Of a stretch of DNA of 64,000 nucleotides, positions 38,517 to 51,288 are shown piece after piece (position 1 is the stretch's first letter; each line of letters begins with the position of its first letter). The DNA lies in assembly GCA_964642015.1 (NCBI GenBank), contig CAZXLF010000002.1:2717-66716 (forward strand). Reading direction: 5' to 3'. The position numbers were made by a program, and so were the translations under genes. The notes under the pieces were generated by a model. That model was given only the letters and a program-made list of their open reading frames with translations, did not search any database and was not told the origin of the DNA. The stretch comes from an uncultured Planctomycetia bacterium. GTDB lineage: Bacteria; Omnitrophota; Gorgyraeia; 2-02-FULL-51-18.

Positions 38517-38981
38517 ATGAAAATCGTTGATTTCTTGAACGAAAAAGCGGTTACAGCGGATATTAAGGCCTCCAACAAAGAAGGAGTGATCAGAGAGTTG
38601 GTGGATCTTTTGGCGAAGGCGGAAGGTATAAAAAGCAAAGAAGATCTTGTCAAAACATTATTGAATCGCGAGGCGCTTGGCAGCACCGGAATCGGTCAAG
38701 GGGTCGGGATCCCTCATGGCAAAACCAATACGGTCAAGAAGCTTGTCGCTGCGTTCGGTATCTGCCACGAAGGTGTGAATTTTGATGCTTTAGACGGCGA
38801 ACCGGTTTATATATTTTTCTTGTTGGTCGCTCCCGAAGATTCAGCTGGACCGCATTTGAAGGCGTTGGCGCGGATATCCCGACTACTTAAAGATAAATTT
38901 TTCAGGGAATCTCTAAAATCTCTAACTGACGAAAAAGCCATTCTCAAGCTTCTCCGCGAAGAAGACGCTAAAAAGCCCTAA
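38517..38981 (+). CDS. ptsN: PTS EIIA-Ntr (nitrogen-regulatory IIA, fructose-type EIIA)
   Basis: 'KIVDFLNEKAVTADIKASNKEGVIRELVDLL...GIGQGVGIPHGKT' includes the His-phosphorylation region. Confidence 0.65.
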   Translation: MKIVDFLNEKAVTADIKASNKEGVIRELVDLLAKAEGIKSKEDLVKTLLNREALGSTGIGQGVGIPHGKTNTVKKLVAAFGICHEGVNFDALDGEPVYIFFLLVAPEDSAGPHLKALARISRLLKDKFFRESLKSLTDEKAILKLLREEDAKKP

Positions 38982-39076
38982 TCCTGCTTTCAAGGGAGCG
39001 TTCAATGATTTTAAGATTAATCGCGGGGTGAGGTGTGTTTATGATTTTGAAACTCTAATAAAGGTATTAAAGATCT

Positions 39077-40330
39077 ATGGGGTTATTTAAGTGGTTATAT
39101 CCGGGCATGCGGGTGAAGCGTTGGGTGTTTTTGTGCTGCTTCGGTATTATTTTGTGTTCGATGGGTTTTGTCCTGACAGTCATGGAAGCTCAAAAGACAA
39201 GCGGAAGTTTGATAGTTCTGCTGGGTGTAGGTCTTGTCGCGATCAGCATTCGCAAGATCATTAAATCTGTGGTGACGGTACTTTTGCCTCAAAGGGAGAA
39301 CGAGCTTGTCAACATTATGTATCAGAAGAGGTATCTGGAAAGAGGGGCGAAGGTCGTCGCGATCGGAGGAGGTTCGGGGCTATCCGTACTTTTGCACGGC
39401 TTAAAACAATTCACCTCGAACATCACAGCGGTGGTCACTGTTGCTGATGATGGAGGCTCTTCCGGACGATTAAGAAGCCAATTCAATATGCCTCCTCCGG
39501 GAGATATAAGAAATTGCCTGGTTGCTTTGGCTGATGCGGAACCCATGATGAGCGACCTGTTTCAATTCCGTTTTCAGGAATCCGGCGAACTTGAAGGACA
39601 TAATTTTGGCAATCTCTTTATTTTGGCTATGCTCAAAGTCACAGGCGATTTTGAAAAGGCGATCAAAGAATCCAGTAAGATCCTTGCGATCCGCGGCCGT
39701 GTGGTGCCATCGACGCTGAAGAAAGTAACACTTTTGGCACAGCATAAGGACGGCACGCAAACCAAAGGCGAAAGCAACATTTCCAAAGTAAAGAATCCTA
39801 TCGAGCGCTTATATTTAAAACCGGAAGGATGCAGCGCGACTGAAGATGCGCTTCAAGCGATACAAAATGCTGATGCCATTGTTATTGGTCCCGGCAGTTT
39901 GTATACGAGCATCTTGCCGAATCTTTTGATCGAAGATCTTGCTGCGGCTTTGGCGCGGACCAGCGCGCCTAAAATTTATATATGCAACGTCATGACTCAG
40001 CCGCATGAAACAGATCATTTCAGTGTTTTTGATCACGTGAATACGATCATTGAACATACTCGGCCGGATATTTTGAGCCATGTGTTGGTGAACACCGGCC
40101 ATTTGCCTCAGAGTATTTTAAAAAAATATGAGGCGGAGGAAGCGTTTCCTGTTGTCGTGGATGTTCCGAAGGTGAAGAGCCTGGGCTATTCGATCATCGA
40201 AGCAAATATCGTCAACTGCGTGGACACGATCAGACATAATCCTAGAAGAGTGTCGAAAGTGATCATCGATATTATTAATTCTACAAAAAAGAAAATCACC
40301 GACGAAAAGAGAAAAAAAGAGAATCATTGA
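39077..40330 (+). CDS. yvcK: YvcK / UPF0052 (CofD-like gluconeogenesis factor) family protein with an N-terminal two-TM extension
   Basis: 'VVAIGGGSGLSVLLHGLKQFTSNITAVVTVADDGGSSGRLR' is the YvcK signature. The first ~70 aa are hydrophobic. Confidence 0.65.
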   Translation: MGLFKWLYPGMRVKRWVFLCCFGIILCSMGFVLTVMEAQKTSGSLIVLLGVGLVAISIRKIIKSVVTVLLPQRENELVNIMYQKRYLERGAKVVAIGGGSGLSVLLHGLKQFTSNITAVVTVADDGGSSGRLRSQFNMPPPGDIRNCLVALADAEPMMSDLFQFRFQESGELEGHNFGNLFILAMLKVTGDFEKAIKESSKILAIRGRVVPSTLKKVTLLAQHKDGTQTKGESNISKVKNPIERLYLKPEGCSATEDALQAIQNADAIVIGPGSLYTSILPNLLIEDLAAALARTSAPKIYICNVMTQPHETDHFSVFDHVNTIIEHTRPDILSHVLVNTGHLPQSILKKYEAEEAFPVVVDVPKVKSLGYSIIEANIVNCVDTIRHNPRRVSKVIIDIINSTKKKITDEKRKKENH

Positions 40331-42321
40331 TGGTAAAACCATACAAGAATCTGATCATTTGCGTGCACTCGCATCAGCCGGTAGGCAATTTCGATAATGT
40401 TTTCGAAGAAGCGTACCAAAAATCTTATAAGCCCTTTTTTGAGGCATTTGAAAGACACGCTTCCATTCCTTTGTCTTGCCATTTTTCAGGCAGTTTGATC
40501 GATTGGCTTGAGAAACATAGGCCTGAATTCATACAGCTTCTCAAGAAAATGTCCGATCGGGGGCAGATCGAATTTGTCGGCGGCGGATATTACGAGCCGA
40601 TCTATGGATTGATCCCTAAAAAAGATTTGCAGGGCCAGATCAGTATGATGTCCGAAAAGATCCGGGAGTTGTTCGGAAAAAAATTCGAAGGCGTGTGGCT
40701 GACCGAACGCGTGTGGGACCCGGATTTGGTAACGCCTCTCAAAAAAGCAGGCATTCAATTCACTATTCTTGATGATCTGCATTTTGAAAAGGCGGGGTTG
40801 GCTGCGCCGATCAAAGGATATTATCAGACCAAACAAGGTAAAGATTCTTTAGATCTTTTTGCCTCGATGAAACAATTGAGATATTTAATGCCCTTTAGGA
40901 AAGCCGAAGAAACTTTTCATTTTATTCATGCGACTGAAGCCGGACCTCAGGATGTTTTTGTTTTCGCCGATGACTGCGAAAAATTCGGCATGTGGCCAGG
41001 CACCTATGATTGGGTTTATAAAGAGGAATGGCTGGACAAATTTTTAAAACTTCTTGAAAAAGATGAAGTAGTTAAAGCGTGCTCGTTCAAGGATTGCCGC
41101 CAAAGTTTCGGTCCAAAAAGTGTTGTAAAGATCCCCCACGCGAGTTACAGCGAAATGATGGAATGGTCTGACGGAAATTTTTACAATTTTATGAAAAAAT
41201 ATCCGGAAAGCCGGTATATGCGTGATCGGATGTGGGCGGTCAGCGAAGCTGTTGGGAGCATATCTTCGAGCAACGGTTCATTTGAGAAAGCGCGTTCCGC
41301 CAAAGCGGCTCTTTACCGCGCGCAGTGCAATTGTTCTTACTGGCATGGTGTGTTTGGTGGCCTTTATCTGCATCATTTGCGGTCAGCCGTGTTCGAAAAT
41401 CTTATTCAGGCGGAACATTACCTTTGCCAGATCGATAAAAAACGCTTTAAAAAAGAGTCCGCTCTTATTTATCCTGAAAAACTTGAATCCGGTCAGCGAT
41501 GGAAGATAGCGCAGAAAGATCTTGTGAGTTTTTTTAACGGTGCATACGGCGGAGCGCTTGAGGAATTGGATACTATCCCAAAACATGTGAACTTGATGTG
41601 TAATCTTCAGCGGCGTAAAGAAAAGTATCACGAAGTGGCTATGAAAAAAAGTTCTGAAGGCACTAGCGGGTCAGAACCTCTTTCGATCCATGAATTGCTC
41701 GGAAACAAAGAGAGTGGACTTGAACAGCACCTTCATTACGATCTTTTCCGACGGCTTTCGTTCATGGATCATTTCTTTCGCGAAGCGTTGATACCGGATG
41801 AGTTCGCAAAGTCCTCTTATTCCGAAGCCGGTGATTTTATAGCAGCTTCGTATAGAGCCGCCATTCATTCCCGAAAAGGAGTCAAAGAACTGAGTTTCGA
41901 GAAAACTGGCCAAGTATTTCTGGATCGTAAAAAATATCCTGTAACTGTGAATAAAATTATTTCTCCCAAAGGATCTTCGGCGTTAAAAGCACATTATTTA
42001 ATCACTAATCGCGGCACCGCTGTGCTAAGGTGCGCATTCGGAGTGGAATTCAATTTTTCTATAGGCGACAGCCAGGCGATGAAAGGACTCGACCAGAAGG
42101 GGATCAGGGAATGGATTTTTAACGATTCGTGGCGGGACATACGGATCGAACTTCACTCTAAGGAACCCATGGATCTTATCGCGGTCCCCGTGGACACGGT
42201 GTCGGAATCTGAATCAGGTTTGGAGAAGACCTACCAAGAATTAGGTGTTTTGCTTCAAAAAAATATTGTTTTAGATCCCAAACAAACCTTAGAACAGGTT
42301 TTGGAGCTAAGCGTCGTTTGA
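40327..42321 (+). CDS. Glycoside hydrolase family 57 (alpha-glucan-active)
   Basis: 'LIICVHSHQPVGNFDNVFEEAYQKSYKPFFEAFERHASIPLSCHFSGSLIDWLE' is the GH57 N-terminal catalytic block. Confidence 0.6.
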   Translation: MMVKPYKNLIICVHSHQPVGNFDNVFEEAYQKSYKPFFEAFERHASIPLSCHFSGSLIDWLEKHRPEFIQLLKKMSDRGQIEFVGGGYYEPIYGLIPKKDLQGQISMMSEKIRELFGKKFEGVWLTERVWDPDLVTPLKKAGIQFTILDDLHFEKAGLAAPIKGYYQTKQGKDSLDLFASMKQLRYLMPFRKAEETFHFIHATEAGPQDVFVFADDCEKFGMWPGTYDWVYKEEWLDKFLKLLEKDEVVKACSFKDCRQSFGPKSVVKIPHASYSEMMEWSDGNFYNFMKKYPESRYMRDRMWAVSEAVGSISSSNGSFEKARSAKAALYRAQCNCSYWHGVFGGLYLHHLRSAVFENLIQAEHYLCQIDKKRFKKESALIYPEKLESGQRWKIAQKDLVSFFNGAYGGALEELDTIPKHVNLMCNLQRRKEKYHEVAMKKSSEGTSGSEPLSIHELLGNKESGLEQHLHYDLFRRLSFMDHFFREALIPDEFAKSSYSEAGDFIAASYRAAIHSRKGVKELSFEKTGQVFLDRKKYPVTVNKIISPKGSSALKAHYLITNRGTAVLRCAFGVEFNFSIGDSQAMKGLDQKGIREWIFNDSWRDIRIELHSKEPMDLIAVPVDTVSESESGLEKTYQELGVLLQKNIVLDPKQTLEQVLELSVV

Positions 42322-42620
42322 TGTTTATCAAAAAAAAAATTAAAATAAGCAGTACCCAAGGCTTGCACGCCAGGCCTGCATCCATATTTGTGCGTATTGC
42401 AAATAAATTCGAATCGGATATTGTGGTAAAAAAAGGTTCTGAAAGTGTCAACGGAAAATCGATCATGGGACTTTTAGTGTTGGCCGCCAATCAGGGCAGC
42501 ACGATCGAGATCGAGATCAGCGGGCCCGATGCCCAGCAGGCCATGGATGAGCTTGAATATTTTTTGTTGCATGACCCGGAAAACGATGGCAAAGAATTGG
42601 ATAGTGGACAGAAAGATTAA
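42318..42620 (+). CDS. ptsH: Phosphocarrier protein HPr
   Basis: 'GLHARPASIFV' (His15 site) and 'GKSIMGLLVLAA' (Ser46 region). Confidence 0.8.
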   Translation: MMFIKKKIKISSTQGLHARPASIFVRIANKFESDIVVKKGSESVNGKSIMGLLVLAANQGSTIEIEISGPDAQQAMDELEYFLLHDPENDGKELDSGQKD

Positions 42621-42623
42621 ACA

Positions 42624-44375
42624 ATGAAAACGATCAAAGGTATCGCCGCATCACCAGGAGTTGCGATCGGCAAGGCTTTCTTGCTGGACAGCGAAGACAT
42701 GGTGATCTCCAAAAAGATCATCAAGGAGTCTATGATCCCCAGGGAGATCGCGCGTTTTGAAGAAGCGCTCACTAAAACCCGGGCGGAAATCTTGGGCATC
42801 CGAGACAAAATTTCTCAGGAAATAGGTCAGGAACACGGCAATATTTTTAACGCCCATCTTTTGGTCATCGAGGACCGCGCGCTTATAGAAGAAGTAATCG
42901 GCCGGATCAAGAAGGAAAAGGTCACCAGTGATTACGTGTTTTCCCAAGTCCTTAAGAAATATATTCAGTCTTTCCTGAACATCGATGATGAGTATATCCG
43001 TGAACGTGTCAGCGATATCAATGACGTCGGCCGCCGAATCATCAGACATCTGGTCGGGGGGCAAAGAGCTTCGTTGAGTGATTTGAAGGAAAAGGTGATC
43101 GTGATCGCGTATGATCTTTCTCCGAGCGATACAGCAGTGATGCACCGCCGGAACGTGATCGGCTTTGCGACGGATATCGGCGGACGCACTTCTCATACCG
43201 CTATCATGGCCAAATCCCTTGAGATACCGGCGGTCGTCGGTATTGAATTTGCCACAAGACAAATCAAAAGCGGCGACATGCTGATCGTGGACGGCAGTCA
43301 GGGAGTCGTGATCATCAACCCGACCGCAAGCGAGCTTCAGAAATACAAACAGGAGCTGATCCGCTATCAGGAGTTCGGTAAGGGACTCAAAAAATTAAAA
43401 GATTTGCCATGCATAACTTCGGATGGCAGACGCATCGAATTATCAGCCAACATTGAAATGCCTGAAGAAACAATCTCCGTGCTTTCGCACGGCGCCGACG
43501 GCATCGGACTTTACCGTACCGAATTCTTGTACATGAACCGCACGGATCTGCCTTCCGAAGACGAGCAGTATCATGCGTACCGGAAAGTCGTGAAAGAAAT
43601 GGCTCCAAAGCCGGTCATCATCAGAACGTTCGATCTCGGGGGAGACAAGTTTTTATCCCATCTTGAGATGCCTCGGGAAATGAACCCTTTCTTGGGATGG
43701 CGTGCGATCCGTTTTTGTTTAGCGCGGCCTGAAATCTTTAAAGTACAGCTCAGAGCGATCCTCCGCGCCAGCGCGCACGGAAAGCTTCGCATGATGTATC
43801 CGATGATCTCAGGGCTTGGGGAATTAAAAGAGGCCAACAAAGTTTTAGAAGAAGTTAAGGTAGAACTTCGCTCTAAAAAGGTCAATTTTGACGAAAATAT
43901 CGAAGTCGGCGCTATGATCGAGATCCCATCCGCGGCGATCGCATGCGATATCCTGGCGCCGGAGGTGAATTTTTTTAGTATCGGCACCAATGATTTGATC
44001 CAATATGCCTTGGCCGTTGACAGGATCAACGAAAAGATAGCGTATCTTTATGAACCTGCTCACCCGGCTGTTTTACGGCTTATCAAGAACATCATCGATA
44101 CGGGCCATTCGAAGCATATTTGGATCGGCATGTGCGGCGAGATGGCGGGCGATCCTGTTTTGACCCCTATCTTGATAGGTCTTGGTATCGATGAGATATC
44201 GACCTCTCCTTTAATGCTTCCTGAGGTCAAGAAGATCATCCGTTCGATGAATTTTGAGGAGTCCAAAAAGATCGCTCAGCATGCTTTGGATCTGCCCACC
44301 GGCCAGGAAGTCGTCAGATATTTAAAGATAAAGAACGAAGAGATCGCTAAAAGGTCACAAACAAAAACCAGATAG
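42624..44375 (+). CDS. ptsI: Phosphoenolpyruvate–protein phosphotransferase (Enzyme I)
   Basis: 583 aa with 'GGRTSHTAIMAKSLEIPAVVG' (active-site His) and a PEP-utilising C-terminal domain. Confidence 0.8.
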   Translation: MKTIKGIAASPGVAIGKAFLLDSEDMVISKKIIKESMIPREIARFEEALTKTRAEILGIRDKISQEIGQEHGNIFNAHLLVIEDRALIEEVIGRIKKEKVTSDYVFSQVLKKYIQSFLNIDDEYIRERVSDINDVGRRIIRHLVGGQRASLSDLKEKVIVIAYDLSPSDTAVMHRRNVIGFATDIGGRTSHTAIMAKSLEIPAVVGIEFATRQIKSGDMLIVDGSQGVVIINPTASELQKYKQELIRYQEFGKGLKKLKDLPCITSDGRRIELSANIEMPEETISVLSHGADGIGLYRTEFLYMNRTDLPSEDEQYHAYRKVVKEMAPKPVIIRTFDLGGDKFLSHLEMPREMNPFLGWRAIRFCLARPEIFKVQLRAILRASAHGKLRMMYPMISGLGELKEANKVLEEVKVELRSKKVNFDENIEVGAMIEIPSAAIACDILAPEVNFFSIGTNDLIQYALAVDRINEKIAYLYEPAHPAVLRLIKNIIDTGHSKHIWIGMCGEMAGDPVLTPILIGLGIDEISTSPLMLPEVKKIIRSMNFEESKKIAQHALDLPTGQEVVRYLKIKNEEIAKRSQTKTR

Positions 44376-44389
44376 ATCAAGGAAAAAAG

Positions 44390-45136
44390 ATGAAAGCAGT
44401 CATACTTGCGGCAGGCTATGCGACACGTTTATACCCTTTGACACTTAATAAGCCCAAATGCCTTTTAACCGTTGGCTATCAGACGATCCTTGATTCTCTT
44501 TGCGACAAACTCAATGAATTAAAATCATTGGATGAATTGATCATCGTGACGAACGCGAAATTTTACGATCAGCTGTCTGATTGGAAGAAAAACGCCAAAT
44601 CGCGTTTGCCGATCCGCATCGTGAACGACGGTACAACGTCCAACGATAATCGTCTCGGCGCGATCGGCGATCTTCGGTTCACGATCCAGCAATGCCATAT
44701 CCAGTCGGACATTTTGATGTTGGCGAGCGATAACCTCTTTGATGCCGGCCTATCCGCTTTTGAGAGCTTCGCTGGTTTGAAGGGAGGGGCGGTAAGCGTG
44801 GGATTGTACGATATTAAAGATTCAAGCCTGGCATCCAAAAAATTCGGAGTACTGGAAGTGAATAGTTCATCAGAAGTGATCGGGATAGAAGAGAAACCTG
44901 AATTTCCGAAATCCAGCCTGATCGGGATGGGGATTTACTATTTCCCAAAAGATTCCCTTAAATTGATCGACGAGTATTTGAGCGACCAGGCTGCTAACGA
45001 CGCCCCCGGACATTATATACGGTGGCTTGTGGGAAGGATCAAAATTTTTGGCTTTCTGTTTTCAGGGATGTGGTATGATATCGGGAATTTAAAAGCGCTT
45101 GAAGATGCTAACCAGGCGTATCAGCATAAAAAGTAA
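44390..45136 (+). CDS. Sugar-phosphate nucleotidyltransferase (NTP_transferase family)
   Basis: 'MKAVILAAGYATRLYPLTLNKPKCLL'. Confidence 0.65.
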   Translation: MKAVILAAGYATRLYPLTLNKPKCLLTVGYQTILDSLCDKLNELKSLDELIIVTNAKFYDQLSDWKKNAKSRLPIRIVNDGTTSNDNRLGAIGDLRFTIQQCHIQSDILMLASDNLFDAGLSAFESFAGLKGGAVSVGLYDIKDSSLASKKFGVLEVNSSSEVIGIEEKPEFPKSSLIGMGIYYFPKDSLKLIDEYLSDQAANDAPGHYIRWLVGRIKIFGFLFSGMWYDIGNLKALEDANQAYQHKK

Positions 45137-45154
45137 TCAGTAAAAGGAAAGATC

Positions 45155-46300
45155 ATGAGACCGCAAAATTATTTATTCACATCAGAGAGTGTCACAGAAG
45201 GCCATCCGGATAAAGTGGCGGACCAGATCTCGGACGCGGTATTGGACGCGATCTTGGACAAAGATCCCAATGGCCGCGTAGCTTGCGAAACGCTTGTTAC
45301 GACCGGCCTTGTTTTTGTGGCAGGTGAGATCACGACATCTTGTTATGCGGATATCCCGAAGATCGCGCGAAGCACGGTAAAACGGATCGGATATGATGAC
45401 CCTATTTATGGATTTGACTCTGATTCCTGCTCGGTGGTCACCTCTATTCAAGGACAGTCACCGGACATTGCGATGGGTGTGAATGTGGGGGGCGCTGGAG
45501 ATCAAGGGATGATGTTTGGTTATGCGACCAATGAGACGCCGGAGTATATGCCTTTGGCAATTTCATTAGCGCATAAGCTGACCCGTCGCGTTTCAGAGCT
45601 CCGCAAAAGTAAAACACTGCCTTACCTAAGGCCCGACGGAAAATCTCAGGTGACTATTGAGTATAAGAATGAAAGGCCTGCTCGTGTAGATACGGTAGTG
45701 ATCAGTGTCCACCACAGCCCGAAGGCAAAGCTCAAAGAGATCGCATCTGATATGAAGAAACTCGTGATCGAAAAAGTGATCCCTTCCGGTTATCTTGATA
45801 AAAAGACCAAATTTTATATCAATCCTACCGGCCGTTTTGAAGTAGGCGGACCTCAGGCCGATACGGGGCTTACCGGCCGTAAAATTATCGCTGATACTTA
45901 TGGTGGATATGGCGCGCACGGCGGAGGCGCTTTCTCCGGTAAGGATCCCACAAAAGTGGATAGATCTGCGTCTTACATGGCTCGATATATTGCTAAAAAC
46001 ATCGTTGCAGCGAAGCTCGCCGACAAATGCGAGATCCAGATCGCTTATGCGATCGGCATTGCCGAACCTGTTTCGGTAATGGTGAATACCTATAATACAG
46101 GAAAGATCCCTAACGAGGAGATCAGTAAATTGATCTCAAAGCATTTTGACCTCACCCCCGCAGGGATCATCCGTGATCTGAAATTGCGCAGGCCTATTTA
46201 CAGCGCGACCGCTGCCTATGGCCATTTCGGACGCAACGATGAAGGTTTTTCCTGGGAAGAATTGGATAAGGTTTCCGCGCTTCGAAAAGGCATTGCGTAG
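45155..46300 (+). CDS. metK: S-adenosylmethionine synthetase
   Basis: '[25 protein letters not shown]' and '[17 protein letters not shown]'. Confidence 0.9.
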   Translation: MRPQNYLFTSESVTEGHPDKVADQISDAVLDAILDKDPNGRVACETLVTTGLVFVAGEITTSCYADIPKIARSTVKRIGYDDPIYGFDSDSCSVVTSIQGQSPDIAMGVNVGGAGDQGMMFGYATNETPEYMPLAISLAHKLTRRVSELRKSKTLPYLRPDGKSQVTIEYKNERPARVDTVVISVHHSPKAKLKEIASDMKKLVIEKVIPSGYLDKKTKFYINPTGRFEVGGPQADTGLTGRKIIADTYGGYGAHGGGAFSGKDPTKVDRSASYMARYIAKNIVAAKLADKCEIQIAYAIGIAEPVSVMVNTYNTGKIPNEEISKLISKHFDLTPAGIIRDLKLRRPIYSATAAYGHFGRNDEGFSWEELDKVSALRKGIA

Positions 46301-46340
46301 AATTTTTCAAAGATCAATCGCTTCTGGCAAGCTTAAATAA

Positions 46341-48696
<2,356 letters not shown>

Positions 48697-48697
<1 letters not shown>

Positions 48698-49797
48698 CAG
48701 TGTTTAGCCAATCTGTAAAATAGAAGCACACCCAGTCCTCCGACCAAGAAATTCGAGAATTGGAGCGCCAAAAATGGCGGTGCCATGCCTTTTTGGGCCA
48801 ATGTTTTTCCGCCAATAAGCAGAAGCCAATAAAGCGTCATTAAGCCGAGACTGATGCCGAAGCTGATGGATTTTTCGCTCCGGCGTGTCGTGATGCCCAA
48901 AGGGATACCTATTAATAGGAAGGCGAGGCTTGAAAATGCAATGGCGATCTTGTTATGTATCTCGGCAGAAAGCGGGTAAGTCGCTTTGATCCCTTCTTTT
49001 CCGAGTCGATCGATCTCGTCCCTGAGTTCCCGGATCATCATGTCCTTGGGTTTCTTCGATATTTCCTGCGGTTGTTTAATGTTGGAAATGTTCAATGGAA
49101 GGTCGTAGGTCTTAAAGTTCAACTTAAAAAGTTTCGCGGGATCTTTCGGATCCGGCTCATCGCTGACGCCGTGGATCAATTTTAGTTTGATCATGTTCAT
49201 TTCAGGGACCGATATCAGCTCGCCTTTTTGCGCGATGATCGTCCGGGTAGGCTTTCCTTCCTGCGGCTGATAGATGCGGATGCCTTTGAGTTTATTTTTA
49301 TCAATCTCGTAAATGAATATGACGAAATTCTTGAATTTTTTTATGAATACTCCTTCTTCCAGTGCGGCCTGCGGGCTTTCGATACCTATCTGAGTTAGCA
49401 ATTGCCGGTACGCGTGGAGACTGGCCGAGGCGATCTGATCCGACAAGAGAAAAGAGGATAAACACAGGATCAATACCGAAACGATAAGAGGCGAGACTAA
49501 TCTGACGATACTGATACCGCTTGCGCGTATAGCCATGATCTCATTATCCAAAGAAAGTTTTCCAAAAGAAAGCAGCGTAGCCACGAGTACTGAAATAGGG
49601 ATGATGAACGTTAAAAGATAAGGAAACGAATAAAATAAAAGTTTCAGGATCAGAATGATGTCGACGTCTTTATTGAAGATAAGATCGGCCATTTGGACCA
49701 GACCGCGCCCGAGTAGCATCACAAAAATAAGTGATACAAGGCAGGAAAAGAACGGCGTAAAAAATTCGGCCAAAATATAGTTTCTTAATAGCTTCAA
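48697..49797 (-). CDS. lptF: LptF/LptG-family LPS export permease (YjgP/YjgQ)
   Basis: 366 aa, the same architecture. Its start overlaps the downstream paralog's stop by 1 nt. Confidence 0.55.
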
Positions 49798-49801
49798 AAT
49801 T

Positions 49802-50545
49802 TTACTCCCCCCGAGCTAGTGTCAGAACGGTCACTGAGGCGGCGCCCGATCTTTTTAAGGTTTTAGCGCATTCGGAAGCGGTATAACCGGTTGTCAATAT
49901 ATCATCGATCAATAAAAGGCGTTTAGAATGGAACTCGTCACTGTTCCTGACCAAAAAAGCGCCTTTGACATTCATTTTACGCTGATTCTTGGCTAAAAGT
50001 GATTGAGGAGCACCCGGATGAATGTGGATCAAATTGCCGGATGAATGGGATATTCCGCAATGCTTGGCTATTTCCGAAGAGATCAGCTCTGATTGATCAA
50101 ATCCTCTTTCCAGCCATCGTTCTTTAGATATGGGAACGGCTAGTGTTATATCGTAATCCGTTTTGATCAGATATTTCTCGATAAATTCGCGCATTAATTT
50201 TATGAAGTAATATTTTAAATATTTTCTATTCTCGAATTTATACAAATGTATCAATTGACGCATTGGCCCCTCATAAACTGCGCAAGCGTATGCGCGATCA
50301 AAAGCGAAGGATTCATCCTGACATTCAGTACATCGGACAGCTGGTTGCGCCAAAGTCCGACCGCAGCTTATGCAATGAGGTGCATTGATAAGCTTTGCTT
50401 TGGCCTGGCAAGTTCCACAGACCCCTAAAGGAGGATTTGGAGCCATAGAAATGCTGCAAATCGCGCATTCAACAGGGTAAACAAGAGCGGATAGAGATTC
50501 CAGTAAGTTATTCATCATAAACAAGTTAACTATAGCACCGGCCAA
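49802..50545 (-). CDS. comF: ComF-family protein (double zinc ribbon plus phosphoribosyltransferase domain)
   Basis: N-terminal 'CAICS...CGTCQ...CISCG...CTECQ' and PRTase 'LLIDDILTTGYTASECA'. Confidence 0.65.
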   Translation of the reverse strand: MAGAIVNLFMMNNLLESLSALVYPVECAICSISMAPNPPLGVCGTCQAKAKLINAPHCISCGRTLAQPAVRCTECQDESFAFDRAYACAVYEGPMRQLIHLYKFENRKYLKYYFIKLMREFIEKYLIKTDYDITLAVPISKERWLERGFDQSELISSEIAKHCGISHSSGNLIHIHPGAPQSLLAKNQRKMNVKGAFLVRNSDEFHSKRLLLIDDILTTGYTASECAKTLKRSGAASVTVLTLARGE

Positions 50546-50607
50546 ACGGATAGGTCAAGCAGCTGGAATTCATGGAAAAAGCATAATTTTCCGATATAAT
50601 CTTTCCC

Positions 50608-51273
50608 ATGAAGAATCAGATCATGAGAGACCTGCCCGAAATACTAAAGATTCTCAAGAAAGAAGTCGTCCAATGGAAGGCGCCTATCGTCGGCACTTTT
50701 GTTACTGCCAAAAACGCGCCTTTTAAGATCCTTATTTCGACGGTTTTAAGTTTGCGCACTAAAGATAAGACAACTGAAGAAGCCAGCCATCGCTTGTTCG
50801 CTTTGGCGGACACGCCTGAAAAAATGGTGAATTTAAGCATTTCGCAAATTGAAAAAGCAATTTATCCAGTGGGTTTTTATCACACGAAAGCCAAAAATAT
50901 TCTGGATATTTGCAAGACCTTGATAGAAAAGTTTGATAGTCGCGTGCCGGACGATCTTGATACGCTTTTAACGCTGAAAGGCGTCGGCCGTAAAACAGCG
51001 AATCTTGTCGTGACGGTCGGCTATAATAAATTGGGCATTTGTGTTGACACGCATGTCCATCGCATTTCTAATCGGTGGGGTTTGGTCAAAACAAAAACCC
51101 CGGAAGAAACAGAGATGGCTTTAAGAAAAATCCTGCCGAAACGCTATTGGATCATTTTCAATGACATTCTCGTGGCGTATGGACAGAATTTATGTGTTCC
51201 GGTCTCGCCGTTTTGTAGCCGTTGCAAGATCAGCCAATTTTGTCCCAAAAAGAGTGTTACGACGAGGCGTTAA
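50608..51273 (+). CDS. nth: Endonuclease III-like HhH-GPD DNA glycosylase with a 4Fe-4S cluster
   Basis: 'LLTLKGVGRKTANLVV' HhH-GPD and C-terminal 'CVPVSPFCSRCKISQFC'. Confidence 0.7.
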   Translation: MKNQIMRDLPEILKILKKEVVQWKAPIVGTFVTAKNAPFKILISTVLSLRTKDKTTEEASHRLFALADTPEKMVNLSISQIEKAIYPVGFYHTKAKNILDICKTLIEKFDSRVPDDLDTLLTLKGVGRKTANLVVTVGYNKLGICVDTHVHRISNRWGLVKTKTPEETEMALRKILPKRYWIIFNDILVAYGQNLCVPVSPFCSRCKISQFCPKKSVTTRR

Positions 51274-51288
51274 TCTGTCTAAAGAGGA

